The position numbers and the translations under genes were made by a program. Below are positions 49,926 through 63,677 of a stretch of DNA of 64,000 bases, in pieces. The notes under the pieces were generated by a model, which was given only the letters and a program-made list of their open reading frames with translations, ran no database searches and was not told the origin of the DNA. The DNA is from Lama glama (taxonomy: Eukaryota), in the NCBI GenBank assembly GCA_028534125.1, contig CM052817.1, positions 68,760,001 to 68,824,000 of the forward strand, read 5' to 3'. The first letter of the stretch is position 1. Each line of letters opens with the position of its first letter.

Positions 49926-51258
49926 TTCATCTGTGGGCAAATCCCATTTGACTCTCACTGCAATCAAACATCCTAGTTTTGAGTGTCATTTTCTAAGCTG
50001 AAAGATTTTTTTTGTACTTATAAGTAAGAAAGCACTTTTCATATTAGTAAATGTTTTGTAGCATTTTTAGAATTAAGTAGAATAAAATAGATTTAGCCAT
50101 ATATTCCCTTTTTATTCTTAATCCCTTCTTCATTTATCAGTTCCAGTAGGATAAGCATCAATTTGTGTGGTTATTCCTTCTTCTCCCTTAAGAAGACCTT
50201 GCAGTATGTAGACTTTCATTTTCTCCTTGGGCTGCCAACTTCACTTCATGAATTTTGGAAGTCTTTTTTCCTACTACCAATATTTATTTATTTTCATAGA
50301 AATCTTTTTCACTCTGCCGTTTATTTCCCTTCAGGTAAATAATCTCAGGCCCTTCCTTCTACCTCCAGTTCTTCAGTTTTGCTTTTATTTTTCTTTTGTA
50401 CATTCTGAAGCAAAACCAGAAACCAAGTTTGAAAGAGTGCCTGAGGTTGAGGTCACAAGCGTTTCTGATGGGGACAGAGAAACCTTTTTTGGAAGGTAGG
50501 GCCAATTCACAATACCATCTAGGAGTGGTAATGCCACCACAAGATAGCACTCATTTGTTTTTAGTTTATAACGATGAAACATTTGTGAGTTTTATACCAT
50601 AGAAAATAAAAATAGAGCTTTTACTGTATTTTAAAAATGACCTCACTTACTTTATATATTATCATTTTTATTGTTTTGCACATATATGAAAACAGTTTCT
50701 ACTGGATTTGGGGATACAATATTATGAAGGTATGTATACCAAACATTATAATATTTGGAGTAAGCTGAAGTTTATTATTTATTTCATTAAAGACCTTTTT
50801 TGGGGAGAACTGTTGTGCTTGCTTCTTCTCCCTTCTCTTTTCCATCAGTTACCAGTAAACTCCAAAGGTACATGAACTGATATTAAACATTGAGGTTCAC
50901 TGCTTGATTTGCTCCAGTCTATGCCTGCTCTTCCTTTTCCTGAGGGCTATTAGTCAGTACAATTTGTGCAGATGGACTACTACCAATCTCTAGACAGTAG
51001 GTTATTTTTTAAATGACTCAAAATACAAAAAAAAAAAACCCAAACAGTCCATTCAGTGGTGTTGGAATATTCTTTATCCTGGTTAAACTTTATAAGTTTG
51101 GATTAAAGTCATAAGATATCAAGACATTTGGGGACCGTATGGTGGTATTGGTCTGGTTCTCAGGAAATCCGAAGGAAACTATTATGTTCCAGGGGCTGTT
51201 TAATCTAGAAATTCACTATAGTTTGCTTTAATAAAGCAAGTCTTAAATTATATGGAGC

Positions 51259-51449
51259 TGTGCTTCCAATATGTAGCTACTAGCCACATGTGGATATTTA
51301 AAATAAAATTAATTAAAATCAAATATTTCTTTATTCACACTCGCCACATCTGAAGTGCTAAACAGTCATATACTGATAGTGGTTACTAAATTGGACAGAA
51401 TGGATTACAGATTCCCACAGCTGCTGGAAGTTATCATGGACAGTGCTAA
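51259..51449 (-). mobile_element. MER3 hAT-Charlie MITE
   Basis: tccaatatgtagctactagccacatgtgg..gccacatctgaagtgct..aaattggacag..ggaagttatcatggacagtgct. Confidence 0.8.
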
Positions 51450-51715
51450 TCTAGAGACTATTATTATTTCCAGTTTATATGTGAAGGACAGAAAGTTATA
51501 ACTGCATCCTGGACTGTTAGTCACTTCAGTTTGTTTAAATTGGTCTACTTGCTTAGCTATCAGATGCTGTTCTGAGCTATGTAATCTACTGCAAAGACTA
51601 TTGGGTAGAGAGCCGGAATAATTGGGATTTGGCCCAGCTAAAAACACATGATTATGAAAATATAATTTGACTTCTTTAAATTATTATTATCTATGGAAAA
51701 TTGAGCTGTGGAATG

Positions 51716-52252
51716 TGTGCAGAAAAGAACAAGCTTGACTGCTATCATTCGAAAGGTCTGCTTACAAGTTTGGCCCTTGACTGGCATCTGGCAACTTGGA
51801 CTTCAGGAGAATTCCGATCATTCCCTCATTAGAATGGCTTTCTGTGCCAAAAATACTTCTATACATAATATCGTTTATGCTGAACACCTGCTTTCCTTCT
51901 GGAAGTCTGGAATTTGTGCACATACCAGGCAAAAGGTACCTACATAATGAGTCCCAAACAGAAGCCCTGGTGATGGGCCTAAAAAGCTTTCCAGGTAGGC
52001 AACATTTCACATTTATTGTCACAGCTCATTTCTGGAGAAATTAAGCATATCCTTGTGATTCCTTCAGGAGATGACCTTGGAAGCTTCTGCCTAATTTCCC
52101 CTGGACCTCACCCCCTATGCCTTTTCCTTTCGCTGATTCTCTTTTGTATCCCTTTGTCATAAAAAATCAACCATGAGTAAGACTATGTGCTTAGTTCTGT
52201 GAGTCCTTCTAACAAGTTACCAAACCTGGAGGTGACCTTGGGGACTTCATAA
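51716..52252 (+). mobile_element. MER68 ERVL solo LTR
   Basis: tgtgcagaaaaga..tgactgctatc..ttggcccttgactggcatctgg..gtttatgctgaacacctgctttccttctggaagtctggaattt..ctgtgagtcct..aacctggaggtgaccttgggga. Confidence 0.88.
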
Positions 52253-53389
52253 GTATATTGAAGTATGAAATAAAAAGCTTAGAAATACGTTTGAATTACA
52301 AATAAGTTTCCATATACTTTCATATTATTACTGGTAATTATAGGGGATCTGGCCAAGAAGAAAACAAATTCAGACAGAAAAAAAATTTATTAGAAAGATA
52401 TAAAAAATAAAATTGTTTAAAATGAAACTAAAAAGCTATAGACTCTTGAATGAATTATGTCTAAAAATGTTTAATACAGAATTGTTGTGATTTTGCTGAT
52501 GTTAACTGGGAACACTTAGAATCCCAACAACATATTGGGGTTAGGGAAGATAGAAACTGGTGAAAAACAGAAGACCCCATGCCTTTCTTGGACTTTTAAA
52601 TATCCTCAGAAAACCTAAAGCTGTCTGGAAATATGAGCTGGAATGGCTAAGGTAAGAATTTCAGTGAAACAGAATAGCAGCCATTTCTCCTTGGATCAAG
52701 TTTAAAGGATCTGAAGAGTTCTCTCAACACAAGTCCCTGGATGTGAATCTGTCTTTTTACACATGTTTAAGTGACTGAAGATCTCAGACTTGATACGTTT
52801 GGGTGGATCTTGGCAGTGACTGAGAAATATGGCCTTGGCTTCTTCCAGTGCTGGGAGTGGGAGCTGAGCTCTCTCCTTTACTTTAAGTCACTTGTATAAG
52901 CATCTTCTTGCAATGAATGCTTTCCTAGCTCAAACATCATAATCGTTACATAAACATGAAAATTTATCTTTCTCTTTGTTGTGCAGTTTAGTCATCTCTA
53001 AATTCTAAATGTCAACTCACTCTTCTCATTTCCATAACCTATTTTTCTACAGCATGGTCCCAGGGAGAATAAATACTTGGTTTCCTACGAAAGTAACTGG
53101 TGATAGTACTTAGGCCTTCCTTCTTCCTTCTCCTTTTCTATCCACCAGAGTCCTTATTCAGACAAACAATTCTGGAAAGTTTGGATCTAAATACTTCGGG
53201 GTATCAAAGCATTTGGGGGCCTTAAGTTCGTGTGTGAATTGTTTCTTGGGAATGCCCAAAGGTTATCCTCATGAGCAACCACATGATCATTTCAAAGTAT
53301 AAAAAGGGGAAAAGGAAAACAAGTATCAAACCTTATGGGATCTACAATCGCTTGAAGGGTACGATAGAAGATGTATGGAACTAAACTGC

Positions 53390-53580
53390 TTGGGGGTTCA
53401 GATTCCATCCTTTCTATGTATTTCTGTTTGTCCTTGGGCAATTTTCCTAATCGCTCTGTGCTGTTTTTCTCATCTATACAGTAAGGTAACAACAGCACCT
53501 ACCTTATTGAGATGTTATGAAGATTTAATTAGTTCATATATGTAAGTTGCATAGAACACCTAGTAAATGTTATATAAATA
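53390..53580 (+). mobile_element. MIR
   Basis: gggttcagattcc..ccttgggcaa..tttctcatctata..acagcacctacctt..gttatgaagatttaa. Confidence 0.75.
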
Positions 53581-53666
53581 AAGTGAACATCTAATTGATC
53601 ACCCAAAGTGGAATCAATTTGAAGCATATGAAGATGAAAAGGGGCTATCTATTTAGTTATTTCTCC

Positions 53667-53931
53667 ATTTTTTTCTATTAAAGTATAGTTGATTTACAGT
53701 ATTATATGTCACAGGTGTACCATATTGTGATTTGTAATTTTTAAAGGTCATACTCCACTTACAGTTATTATAAAATATTGGCTATATTCCCTGTGTTGTA
53801 TAATATATCCTTGTAGCTTAATTTATACGAAATAGTTTGTACCCCTTAATCCCCTACCTCTATGTTGCCCCTCCCCCCTTCCCTCTCCCCACTGTTAACT
53901 ACGGTTTGTTCTCTATATCTGTGAGTCTACT
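53667..53931 (-). mobile_element. Cetartiodactyl L1 3'-end fragment inside a MER94-like remnant (~53580-53970)
   Basis: aagtatagttgatttaca..ttattataaaatattggctatattccctgtg..tttgttctctatatctgtgagtct; tgaaa(a)ggggc duplicated on both sides. Confidence 0.85.
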
Positions 53932-55339
53932 TTGAAAGGGGCATTTTAAATAATTATGCTAGGATAACAAATATAATATAACTTTAAGTGTTTGGTATTA
54001 TTATTTTAAAATTTTATTTGAAAGCAAACTTAGATTTTCAAGAAACCATATCTTCTATAGGTGGTATACTCATTAATATAAACTTCCTTCTTATGAAAGT
54101 GCAGAATATGATAAAAATAAATAAAATTATACCCTTGTGTGATAGGTCCACAGAGAGATGAATTCAGTTGAGTTACAGTAGCACATATTGAATTGTGAAT
54201 CTTTGCCTGAGATCTGAGGGGCGATGCTTATTGAGGACAAGAAGACCTCTTCACACTTTTGTATAGGTACATTATTCCAAAGCACGAAGGATGAGAGCCC
54301 AGAAAACCTTATTTGAAGGTGAAGTTAAATGAAATTTATAATGGACCAGCCAGTTACCAAAGCCACTAATGAGAGCAAAGCAAGTGTGAGACAGCTCAAA
54401 CAATTTGCCAAGCTTTCTGGCTTTGTTGTCTTTTATGTGGGTGGCTACACTCTCTCCAAAATTAGTTTTTATAAAGTACTAATTATGACTCAAACAATCT
54501 GACATGTCACTTGATAAATATTGTTTCCTTCAAGAGTAGTCAAACCCCAGATGTCATTTATATGTACTTCATTCTGATTATTATTTCGCAGGGACAACAA
54601 GTATTTCTTCTTTCACTCTAGCTGCCTCATCTAATGACAGACCTTTCCTTGGCACTTGACAGAAGAGGGGGAGAACTTTTTCTTAGGTGGCATAATTCCT
54701 CAAAATGTGTTCACTCTCAAGAAGAAGGATGATAGATGATAATGAGACAAGCAGGGAATCAGTAGTCCTGGAATTGAACAAAGAATTGACAGGTGTATCA
54801 AGGATGCCTCATCAAAACGTGCAATACTCTGCCAAGTGAAGTCTGGCTGAGCGGAGCCAAACAGCATGCCTATTCTTTTAGATTTTCTTCTTTTTAAATT
54901 TTGTGTTTCTATTGTAAAAGATGGCCTACAGAAAAAAGAAAACAAAACAAACAAAACTGATGACAAAGGAGGGGTTTAAATGTTGCTAATGTTGGAAGAT
55001 TAGAAAGTGCCTAATGGGGAGGTTGAGTCTCAGAAAATAGTAGATAAAAAAGTGACTTTATGAGATTTTGAAAACCAAAGATTCACAAAATGTTAATTCA
55101 AAAACATAGAAATTTTAATGGGCACCCAATATTTCTTAATTAAAAATTCTGATGTTAATTGGATAATCTGGGCCATTTGTGTCTAGAAGTAATTATAGCA
55201 TAGATTCGGTTGTCTTACAGGTCAAATCATGCTCTATTGTTGGCAAACAGAAACTATAAAAAATGGAAGAGTGATATAGCACAGTTTATAACATTAGTCA
55301 TGTACCATAACTTGATTGAACTCTTACTGTACAAAAGAT

Positions 55340-55540
55340 ACATAATAGAGGCTTTTCCACGTGGTTTACATGTATTTTTGCATTTAACCCTTGCAACAGC
55401 CTTTGAAGTAGGTACCTTTATTGTCTCTGAGGTACAGAAATGTTAGGTCTCTTGCCCAGGGTCTCACAGCTAACAAGCGGAGGGGTAGAGGTTCATACTT
55501 CAGAGCTCCTGTCTACAACTCTTGCTTACTTCTAACCTCA
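55340..55540 (-). mobile_element. MIR
   Basis: tttacatgtatt..catttaacccttgcaacagcctttgaagtaggt..ctgaggtacagaaa..cttgcccagg..cacagcta. Confidence 0.75.
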
Positions 55541-57109
55541 GCGTCATTACCAGAGAGGTTCTACTCTGAACACATATCTTAGATTAATGCTAAATGCTTT
55601 CAACACATGGCACAACAAAACATCTAAAGGCAGGATGTCACAAAATCTTGCTTTTGTTGAACTGAATTACAAGTCTGATGTGGATTTAAAATCATTTTTG
55701 TTTATGGGTGTGAATATATTGTTTATGTCAGCCAGAAATAGAATCAAGTATTAAGTATCAGGACCAAAGCCAAGTAAATTGAAGATGCCAGAAATAACTA
55801 AAAGCTCAGACTGAATTACACCAGTTCTTTAGGGTACTCTGGGGAATTTATAGAGGATGTTTCCAGTACAGCTCTTAAGGCACTAAACTCTATGTAAGGC
55901 ATCAAACAGATAAATGTAGCACTGCATAATCTTTATTCAATACTTTCTGAGAAATGGCTTTCTTTCAGAGAGGCAAGCCTATTACGTTTGACCTCAGAGT
56001 GGTCTATTGTTTTATAACTGACTTGTACTATACAGGCTTAGAATAAAAGGTGTACAATTAGATAAGAAGATATTTTGCTGATTAGATGACCTGAAACAGT
56101 GGATTTAAAACCATTACTTTAATGCAGTCTTATTGTTCTGCCCAGTGTCTATCACAGATAAAAGGAGAGCTGCTCTGGATAAAGAGAGTAAGGGGGGGGG
56201 GCCCAGATCTCCAGCAGCGGGATCTCCTTTTGACCTGTGCATTCAAATAGTCCCAAGAGCATCTGCATTACACAGCTAGGGCTCCCCACAACAAAGTTTG
56301 GAAGTAGAACCCATGAAAATGTGTGGAAACAAAATCAACTTCAACTAACAAGATTATAAAATTTTGGGAGATAACCTTTTAATCGACTTATTTAGGGCGA
56401 TTTCATTGGATTTCTACATATTCCCAAATTGAAGCTCTCTGTTACTACATAGGGAATCAAATTAGATCCAGAACAGGGACGGGGGTGTGGTGTTATTTTA
56501 ACTTCTTTTTGAAGAAATGATAGTACTATATCACTTGATAAACATTATTTAAGCTAATCTTCAATATTACTGAGGTGTCAGATCTCCATCTGTGTTTTAT
56601 GGAAGATCGAACAATGAGCTTAGCTAGAAATCGATGGACGCACAATTCCGCCTCTTGACTCTTCATCAGACTTTGAACTGTGGGACTTTTATAGCCTCCT
56701 AGGACTTTAGTTTCCTAATATAAACATAAAAGATCATATATGATTTTCATTTAAAAGTTAGTAAGAGTTCTTGGGTTTTTCAAAGAAAGCAATGATTTAA
56801 GATGAATTTGAATTAACTAGCATGTCAAATTTTTAAAAGCCTTAAAAATGAATTTAACTGAGAATGCTTTTTAATATCTGTGAGGAGCATGTGGAGATGG
56901 TACAAATTTAAGTGGAAGCAAAGTGTTTATCTTTAGCTACAATTACTTACGGTGAAGACCACAGTATGATAAAATCAATGTAAAGCAAAATACATATACC
57001 AGGGTGTTATTAGGAACCCAAAGGAATGTCCTGTTGTCTCAGAATTATGGTTAAGCATCTGCAGTAGAGAAGAAAAGACTAATTAATATTCCACATTTTC
57101 AGTTCAAAG

Positions 57110-57260
57110 AAACTCAAAAGTGCTTCCACTTTCCAGTAGTGTGCTTAGGCAAACTAAGTTTTGTTTAGCTTTCTTACCTTATTGTGAGGATTAAATGAAT
57201 TAGAACAGTAAAGTGTTGGGAAAAGTACTTGTTCTTAGCTCAAAAAGCTCAATGAAAGCT
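57110..57260 (+). mobile_element. MIR fragment
   Basis: ttccactttccagtagtgtg..taggcaa..attgtgaggattaaatgaa..gctcaatgaa. Confidence 0.6.
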
Positions 57261-57559
57261 CAACAGGATCTCAATACAATTTAGTCATTATTATTATTGT
57301 TGATGTTAATTTTTGTGAGATCATTTTGTGTTGCTGAGAAGACAACTGTGTATTAAACTTGATGACAGCAGGGATTTCTGTGATATTTTCTATGTTTTTC
57401 CTGGTAATTAATACCATGCTTTTGCAAAGTGTTGCCTTAATACATCTTTCTAGCAAACTAAAACAATTTTGGTATTTAATAATCTGAGTTTTAAGATGTA
57501 ATATCTATCTTCTTAGAATGTTTCATAAAACTTATATAGCCGGCCAAACAACAAGCTTG

Positions 57560-59544
57560 ATGATATATATGTGAATATCTATGATACATGTTTATGTACA
57601 TGCAAGGATGTATATATACACACAAAGATTATACAAACATATAATCACACAACAACTAGTGAATCTATCAGCTAAATGATGGGGATAAGATTTATATGTA
57701 AATCCATATTTGTATACAATAGCAATAAACACCTTGAAAGTGTTATAGAAATTTCTTGAAAGCATTTGCAATATAACAAATCAAATAGGATAACTGAAAT
57801 AAATTGATAACAGATATTCAAGTTTTACAAGGGTAAAACTATAACATAGTTCTGAAGCATTTAGGAGACTTGATTATGTAAGTGTAAATGTGTACTATGT
57901 TCATGGGTATGAAGATTCAGCAGCATAAAGAGTTAAACTCGCCCAAATTTATCTATAAATTCAATGTTATTTCAATTAAAATTTCAGCAGTGTTTTTCAT
58001 GGGATTTGAAAAAAATGATTCAAAAATTAATATGAAATAAGTCCAAAAAGAGCTGAGTTAATTCTGAAGAGGAAGAAGAAGGAGGAAGAGAACGCACTTC
58101 CCATACTAGTTATTGAGACTTACTTATATACCTATAGGATGTAACACTAGGGTGTTAGCTCAGAAAAGGTGAAATATATCAGAAAGACAAAAAAGAAAAC
58201 AGAAATGAACAAACAACAAATCACACAGACCTTGCATATATGGGATTCCAGTTAATGAGAGAGGTGTCCATACAATACAACAAACTATAATAAGTGGTAT
58301 CGGAACAATTGCATATCCAAATGTGAAAAAAGATGTGCACATATTCTATTCCATTTGGTTAAAGACTTCATAATTTTTTGGAAGAACATAAAGAGTATCT
58401 TCATTACATTTGGGTAGAGAAGCTATCTTTAACAAGTCACACAAAAAAGAACAAACAATGAAGGAGTATTTGATACATTTAACTACATTGAAATATTAAA
58501 TTATTAAACAACAAAAGATGTGATAAACAAGAATAAGAGATGTTTCTGACATAGAGGGCAAAGGATTAATGTCAAGAATATATATATAGACATTTTACTA
58601 ATAAATAAGGAAAAGACAGCCCAATACAAAAAGAGAATTGTGAATGGTATCTGCTTACTTTGTTGGACTGAATACAAATATCAAACTCATTTAATACTGT
58701 GAAGAAGTAAATGGCTTACCTTGCTTTAAAAATATGGGTACAGAAGCTATCATTGGAAGATGTGGAAAGGATATTACACATCTGAAATAGCCTTTTTTCA
58801 TCCCAGTATCAAGATCCTACAGATCTATGTTTTTGGAAGAGTCGGGAAGTCAACTTGAAGGAAATTTGAATGCTATTCTTCTGGACTATACCGCAACCTT
58901 AATATCTACCCTGGGTGTGTGAAGAACAGGTGATGCTAAGCAGTTACAAGAGGCATTTGATCGCATTTAGCCTGAAAATACACATGTTAAAATTTAACAG
59001 GTATATCTGAGCATGTTTAACTTATTTATAACAACTAATCACTACCATTTGGTTCATAGTCCAGACTGTTCGCCACATAAACTTTGCTTCTCAACTCTGT
59101 AACAATGGGCAAAGGATATGAAGATACTGTTCAGCAAAGAGGAAACGCAAATGACTAGTCAACTTTTGAAGGTTTAGTAATAAATAAGATGCCATTTAAA
59201 ATAATAATGAAATATAATTTCATAGCCTTTGATTAGCAGCAATTTCAAAATCTGAAAATTCTAAAATTTAAAGTCTAAAAAAAGTGGGGACTTCAAAAAA
59301 TAGGACTCTCATACAGTGATGGTAAAAGTGTAAATTTTGGAAAACATTTTGATGACAATGTTATTAAAAATGCACTCACTTCAAAATCTAGCAGTTCCAC
59401 TTCTTGGTACATATATCCCAGAGAAACTCTTGGCATGTGTGCACAAGAAGACATTTATAAGGAGCATTGATTTTAATAGTGAAGACAGGAAACAATAGAA
59501 ATACTTACCAATAGAGGATTAAATAAACTGTAGTATATTTAGCT
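57560..59544 (+). mobile_element. Ancient L1ME-type ORF2 3' half, interrupted at ~58633-59103; its 3'UTR resumes ~59900-60240
   Basis: ctatgttcatgggtatgaagattc..cccaaatttatctataaattcaatg..caattaaaatt (CSW..R..PK.IY.FN..IK), aatgggcaaaggatatgaa, gcagttccacttcttggta. Confidence 0.75.
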
Positions 59545-59644
59545 NNNNNNNNNNNNNNNNNNNNNNNNNNNNNNNNNNNNNNNNNNNNNNNNNNNNNNNN
59601 NNNNNNNNNNNNNNNNNNNNNNNNNNNNNNNNNNNNNNNNNNNN
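59545..59644. other. Assembly gap, ~100 N
   Basis: Run of N immediately before a young L1 3' end. Confidence 0.97.
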
Positions 59645-59899
59645 GGGAAGGGATAGACTGGAAGTTCAAAATTTGTAGATATTTACAGGCATATGTAGAA
59701 TAGATAAACAAGATTGCACTGTGTAGCACAGGGAAATATATACAAGATCTTGTGGTGGCTCATAGCAAAAATAAAATGTGACAATGAATATATGTATGTT
59801 CATGTATAACTGAAAAATTGTGCTCTACACTGAAATTTGACACAACATTGTAAATTGACTATAACTCAATAAAAAATGTTTAAAAAAAGTTAAAAAATA
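59645..59899 (+). mobile_element. Very young camelid-type L1 3' end with A-rich tail; 5' part hidden in the gap
   Basis: gggaagggatagactgg..gaatagataaacaagatt..cagggaaatatatacaagatcttgtgg..tgtataactgaaaaattgtgctctacactg..actataactcaataaaaaatgtt. Confidence 0.88.
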
Positions 59900-62800
59900 A
59901 TCTCTACATTGTACCTGGTTATCTCTATCTCTGTCGTCTCTGTTTCCATGGAGAGAAGGAATATAAACATGAACAGGAAGGTATAAACCAAATATAAGAT
60001 AGAGATTTCTTGTGGGGAGAGGAGAAAAACATGACAAGGTAAGTGTACATTGGCAATTTCAACTTTATCAGAAATCGGTTATTTCCCACTAAGAAACAAA
60101 ACGAACAATAAACAAAAAGACCTCTATCAACAGAGCTAAAGTAAACATATTCAAATGTTAACATTTGTTAGCTATATATACATGGGTTTTTGTTATTTTA
60201 TTCTGTGTAGTTTTCCATGTTAAAGAGTAATTAAAAATGTGTATAGTATAAGGAATCAGACTATATCTGTAAGTGAATTGTGGAGTGCTCTACTTGGCCT
60301 GACAATTATCCGCAGTTTTATAGAATATATCCGAGGCAGCCAAAATGCTTTCCTCCCCTGATATCTTTCTTTGGAAGAAAATTACAGTGTTTGGTCAGTC
60401 CAGGCCAAAGAATGAAGACGCTGGTCTCAGGGTAGTTGTTTACTTAACTTATCATCATCATATTATTGTTCACATTTAATTGTTAAACAAAAAGAGAATT
60501 TTTGTGTCAGGGTTAAAGTATGAAGGTAATTATATGACCTCATTGTAATGAGTAAAATTGTTTCTAATAGAATTACGAAGGATGAAAACATCGACCCAAA
60601 TATTTTGATATTTATAGATATGTAATCCTTAATGATTGGGAGCAAACTTGGGGGCCAGTTATCACTGTTGAACATTTATAGAGTACTTTAAGATGTTAAA
60701 TTTTCTATGCTATGCTATTCCCTTAACTTTGTGCATGATTCCTATACTTGATAGGCTTATATCCTTAAGCATTAAAATGAAGTATTCAAATGTAATAAAT
60801 TAATACAAAAGTTTCCCCATCTCTCAGGTTCTATTTTGTTTTTCAGGTCTAAGTAAAATCCAGAATAAAATATTTAAAACATATGGTGTTTTAGAATGAG
60901 TCTTGACAGCAGGACAACTGTCAGTTTATTTTAAAAGACATCAAAAGAAGCTGAAACAAAAATCAATTTGCAATGCATTAATGATCTTATGATTAAACTG
61001 TTCCATTTTTCAGGGGAAAAAAAACAAACATTTGATGTACTGAGTAATCTGTTGCATAACAGAAAGTACTTTCCAAATATCACGTTTTTTAAATTAAGAC
61101 TTTTTGTGCTCTTTCCTTTACACATTAGAGAAAATTTTATGTCCTCTTATTCTTTCTTAGACAGGATTCTGTTGTGTTTTGAATATGGTTATTTTCAGTG
61201 GTAATGAGAGTAACTTGCTTTGATGAGACAAAATCTCAAAAGCTGAGTACTTGAGAGTTGTCTTCAAAATGACAATTTTTAACCTTGAATGATGGCCAAC
61301 AATCAACTTTGGAGTGCTGCTCATGGGATTTCCCTAACACTCGTTACTGTGTCACTGACAAGACATTGATCCTCTTGCGAGAGCCCAGCTGTATCTTCTG
61401 TACTGGTCCATGTAAGAGACACTCTAAACTTTAACTTCCCAGTCTTAAAGGATGACCCTATGATATCAGAACTTGAAGCCCAGAAGGTGATGACCTTTCT
61501 CTGCTAAAAGTTTAATGTGTCTCCTGCTACTTCCTAATTGTTCAGCTTTTATCTTACCTCAGTGATCATTGTTGAGGCTTGAGTCTTCATAGAGTTAGTG
61601 ATTTACCACTCTCTGAGAGATTTTGGCCAAGTATCCATGGCTAAAAGCACTCAGAGGTGAAGAGAGGTGAAGGATAAGGATGGCTGCCAAGAGGATAATA
61701 TTGGATTATAAACAAATAGGGGCAACCTTCAAGTTGTTATTCTAAAGATTTAGATAGTGCTAAGGGCTACAGGGTGGCTTGCCCTATCTTAGTAATATGC
61801 TGTGACCTGCTGTATTCTCTGAGCTGTTCCTTGTATCTCAACTTCTGCCAAAATCAAATTGTTTCTCTTTATGCAGGAGGAACTACTTCACTGACTCATC
61901 TCAGTCGTCAAGAAAATAAGTCTAACCATTTCTTTGTAGTCTTTCATAGATTCTGATTTTGGGTGAAATGAGCAAGAAGCACTGCTAATAAAAAAATGCC
62001 TATTTTACCATTATGAATATTTGCTAACTCTAAGAAAGAAACATAGACAAGAGAGAAAGTAAAGATACAAAGAAAGAAGCAGAGATTGAAGTAGAGAAAC
62101 ATGACAGATGAGGAGAGAGACAGTGGAAGGAAAAGAATGGGAAAAAAGGAAGAGGAAGAGAGCAGAAGGAAGTGATGAGAAAATGAGAACCTGAGAGACA
62201 ATTTGTGGGCTTGTGAACACATGTGGACACATCTAAAAGATTCCACAGCTTTGTTTGTTTTCCAGTTAAATTGGATGCTTTAGTCTTCATCATGGTTTGT
62301 CAGGCATTTTAAGTCTAAGTAGTCAGACCACTTCAGTTGTTTTAACACCCCAAATCCAAATGATTGGACAGTTAAAACTACCCAATATGGTCAACCATTT
62401 AGCAATCCTGGGGACTGAACAAGTGATTGATGTGGTATATGAGGCAGACTCAAACTGTAATTTGTTACTTCAGAGAAAGAAAGCTAACAAATTCTTTTTG
62501 GGAAACTCAAGAGGGATTGGATAAACTTGTGTTAAATGATAGGATACTAATATTACATTACTGGATGGTTGGTCTTGAGAAGAGTCTTCCACATGGAAGG
62601 AAAAAAAGATTACAACTGTTAGTCTACCTAAATATGTTTCCAGCTCTGTGTTTCTGAAAGTGACAAACAGCCTCCATATGTAGAGCTTGAGGGAATTAAT
62701 CACATCTTTTACTTCTCAAGATGGCAGCCAATTGAGAGCTAGGCAAAAGAATCTGAACATTATATTGTCAACTTTATTAATGGTAAAGCTAGTTTGGCAA

Positions 62801-63314
62801 ATGTAGCTTGAATGTGGCCTATCTGGCTTTCTAATATTTTTTTCCAGATTTATATTTGGATTTACTTGAGTGGTAAGGCCTCCAAAGCAATAACTTATAC
62901 AACTAGCAATTCCTCACCATGTTGAGGCCCAGGTCAGGGACACAAGAAGGAGGCCTCCTGTGTCTGTGCAGTGACTTACCATGTTTACTGACCACTGGAG
63001 AAATGTGGATCAATGACTATTAGACTTTTCAGCATTTTACCAAACAGGTAAATCACTGTTCTCCTGTGGAGAGGAACAAATGAGATCTAGAAGGAAGAAA
63101 GAAAAACTTCGGAGAGAGCAAAAGCTCTTATTTTATGGGCTAGTAAGAAAAGAGTGAAGTAGGAAAAATAGCTTCCTACAAATTACACATTCAAAGTACT
63201 CTTATTTTACTCACAATTTTGGTAAAACAGTGCATGTGAGTAGGGAAACTTTGGCTTAGCATTTGAGGGTGCTGATGAGAAGTTCTGAATGTGTTGTAGA
63301 GAAGAATGTGAGAC

Positions 63315-63677
63315 AGTCATTTAGCATAATACCCTCCAGGTCCACCCATGTTATTACAAATGGCAAAATTTCCTTATTTTTATGGCTGAGTAGTATTCCA
63401 CTGTGTGTATGTATCTATATCTATCTATATCTGTATCTATATCTATATCTGTATCTAGATCTCTCACATCTTCTTTATCCATTCATCTGTTATAGACACT
63501 CAAGTTTGCTTCCATATCTTGGCAGTTATAAATAATACTGCTATGAACATTGGGGTGCATGTATTTTTTCAAATTAGTTTTTGCTTTTGTTTCTGTTTTT
63601 TTGATATATAACCAAAAGTGCAATTACTGGTTCATATGGTAGTTCTATTTTTAGTTTCTTGAGAAATTTCCATATTG
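63315..63677 (-). mobile_element. L1 ORF2 C-terminal fragment with internal (TATCTA)n at ~63405-63460
   Basis: catttagcataataccctccaggtcc..tatggctgagtagtattcca..ctatgaacattggggtgcatgta..tatggtagttctatttttag. Confidence 0.88.
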
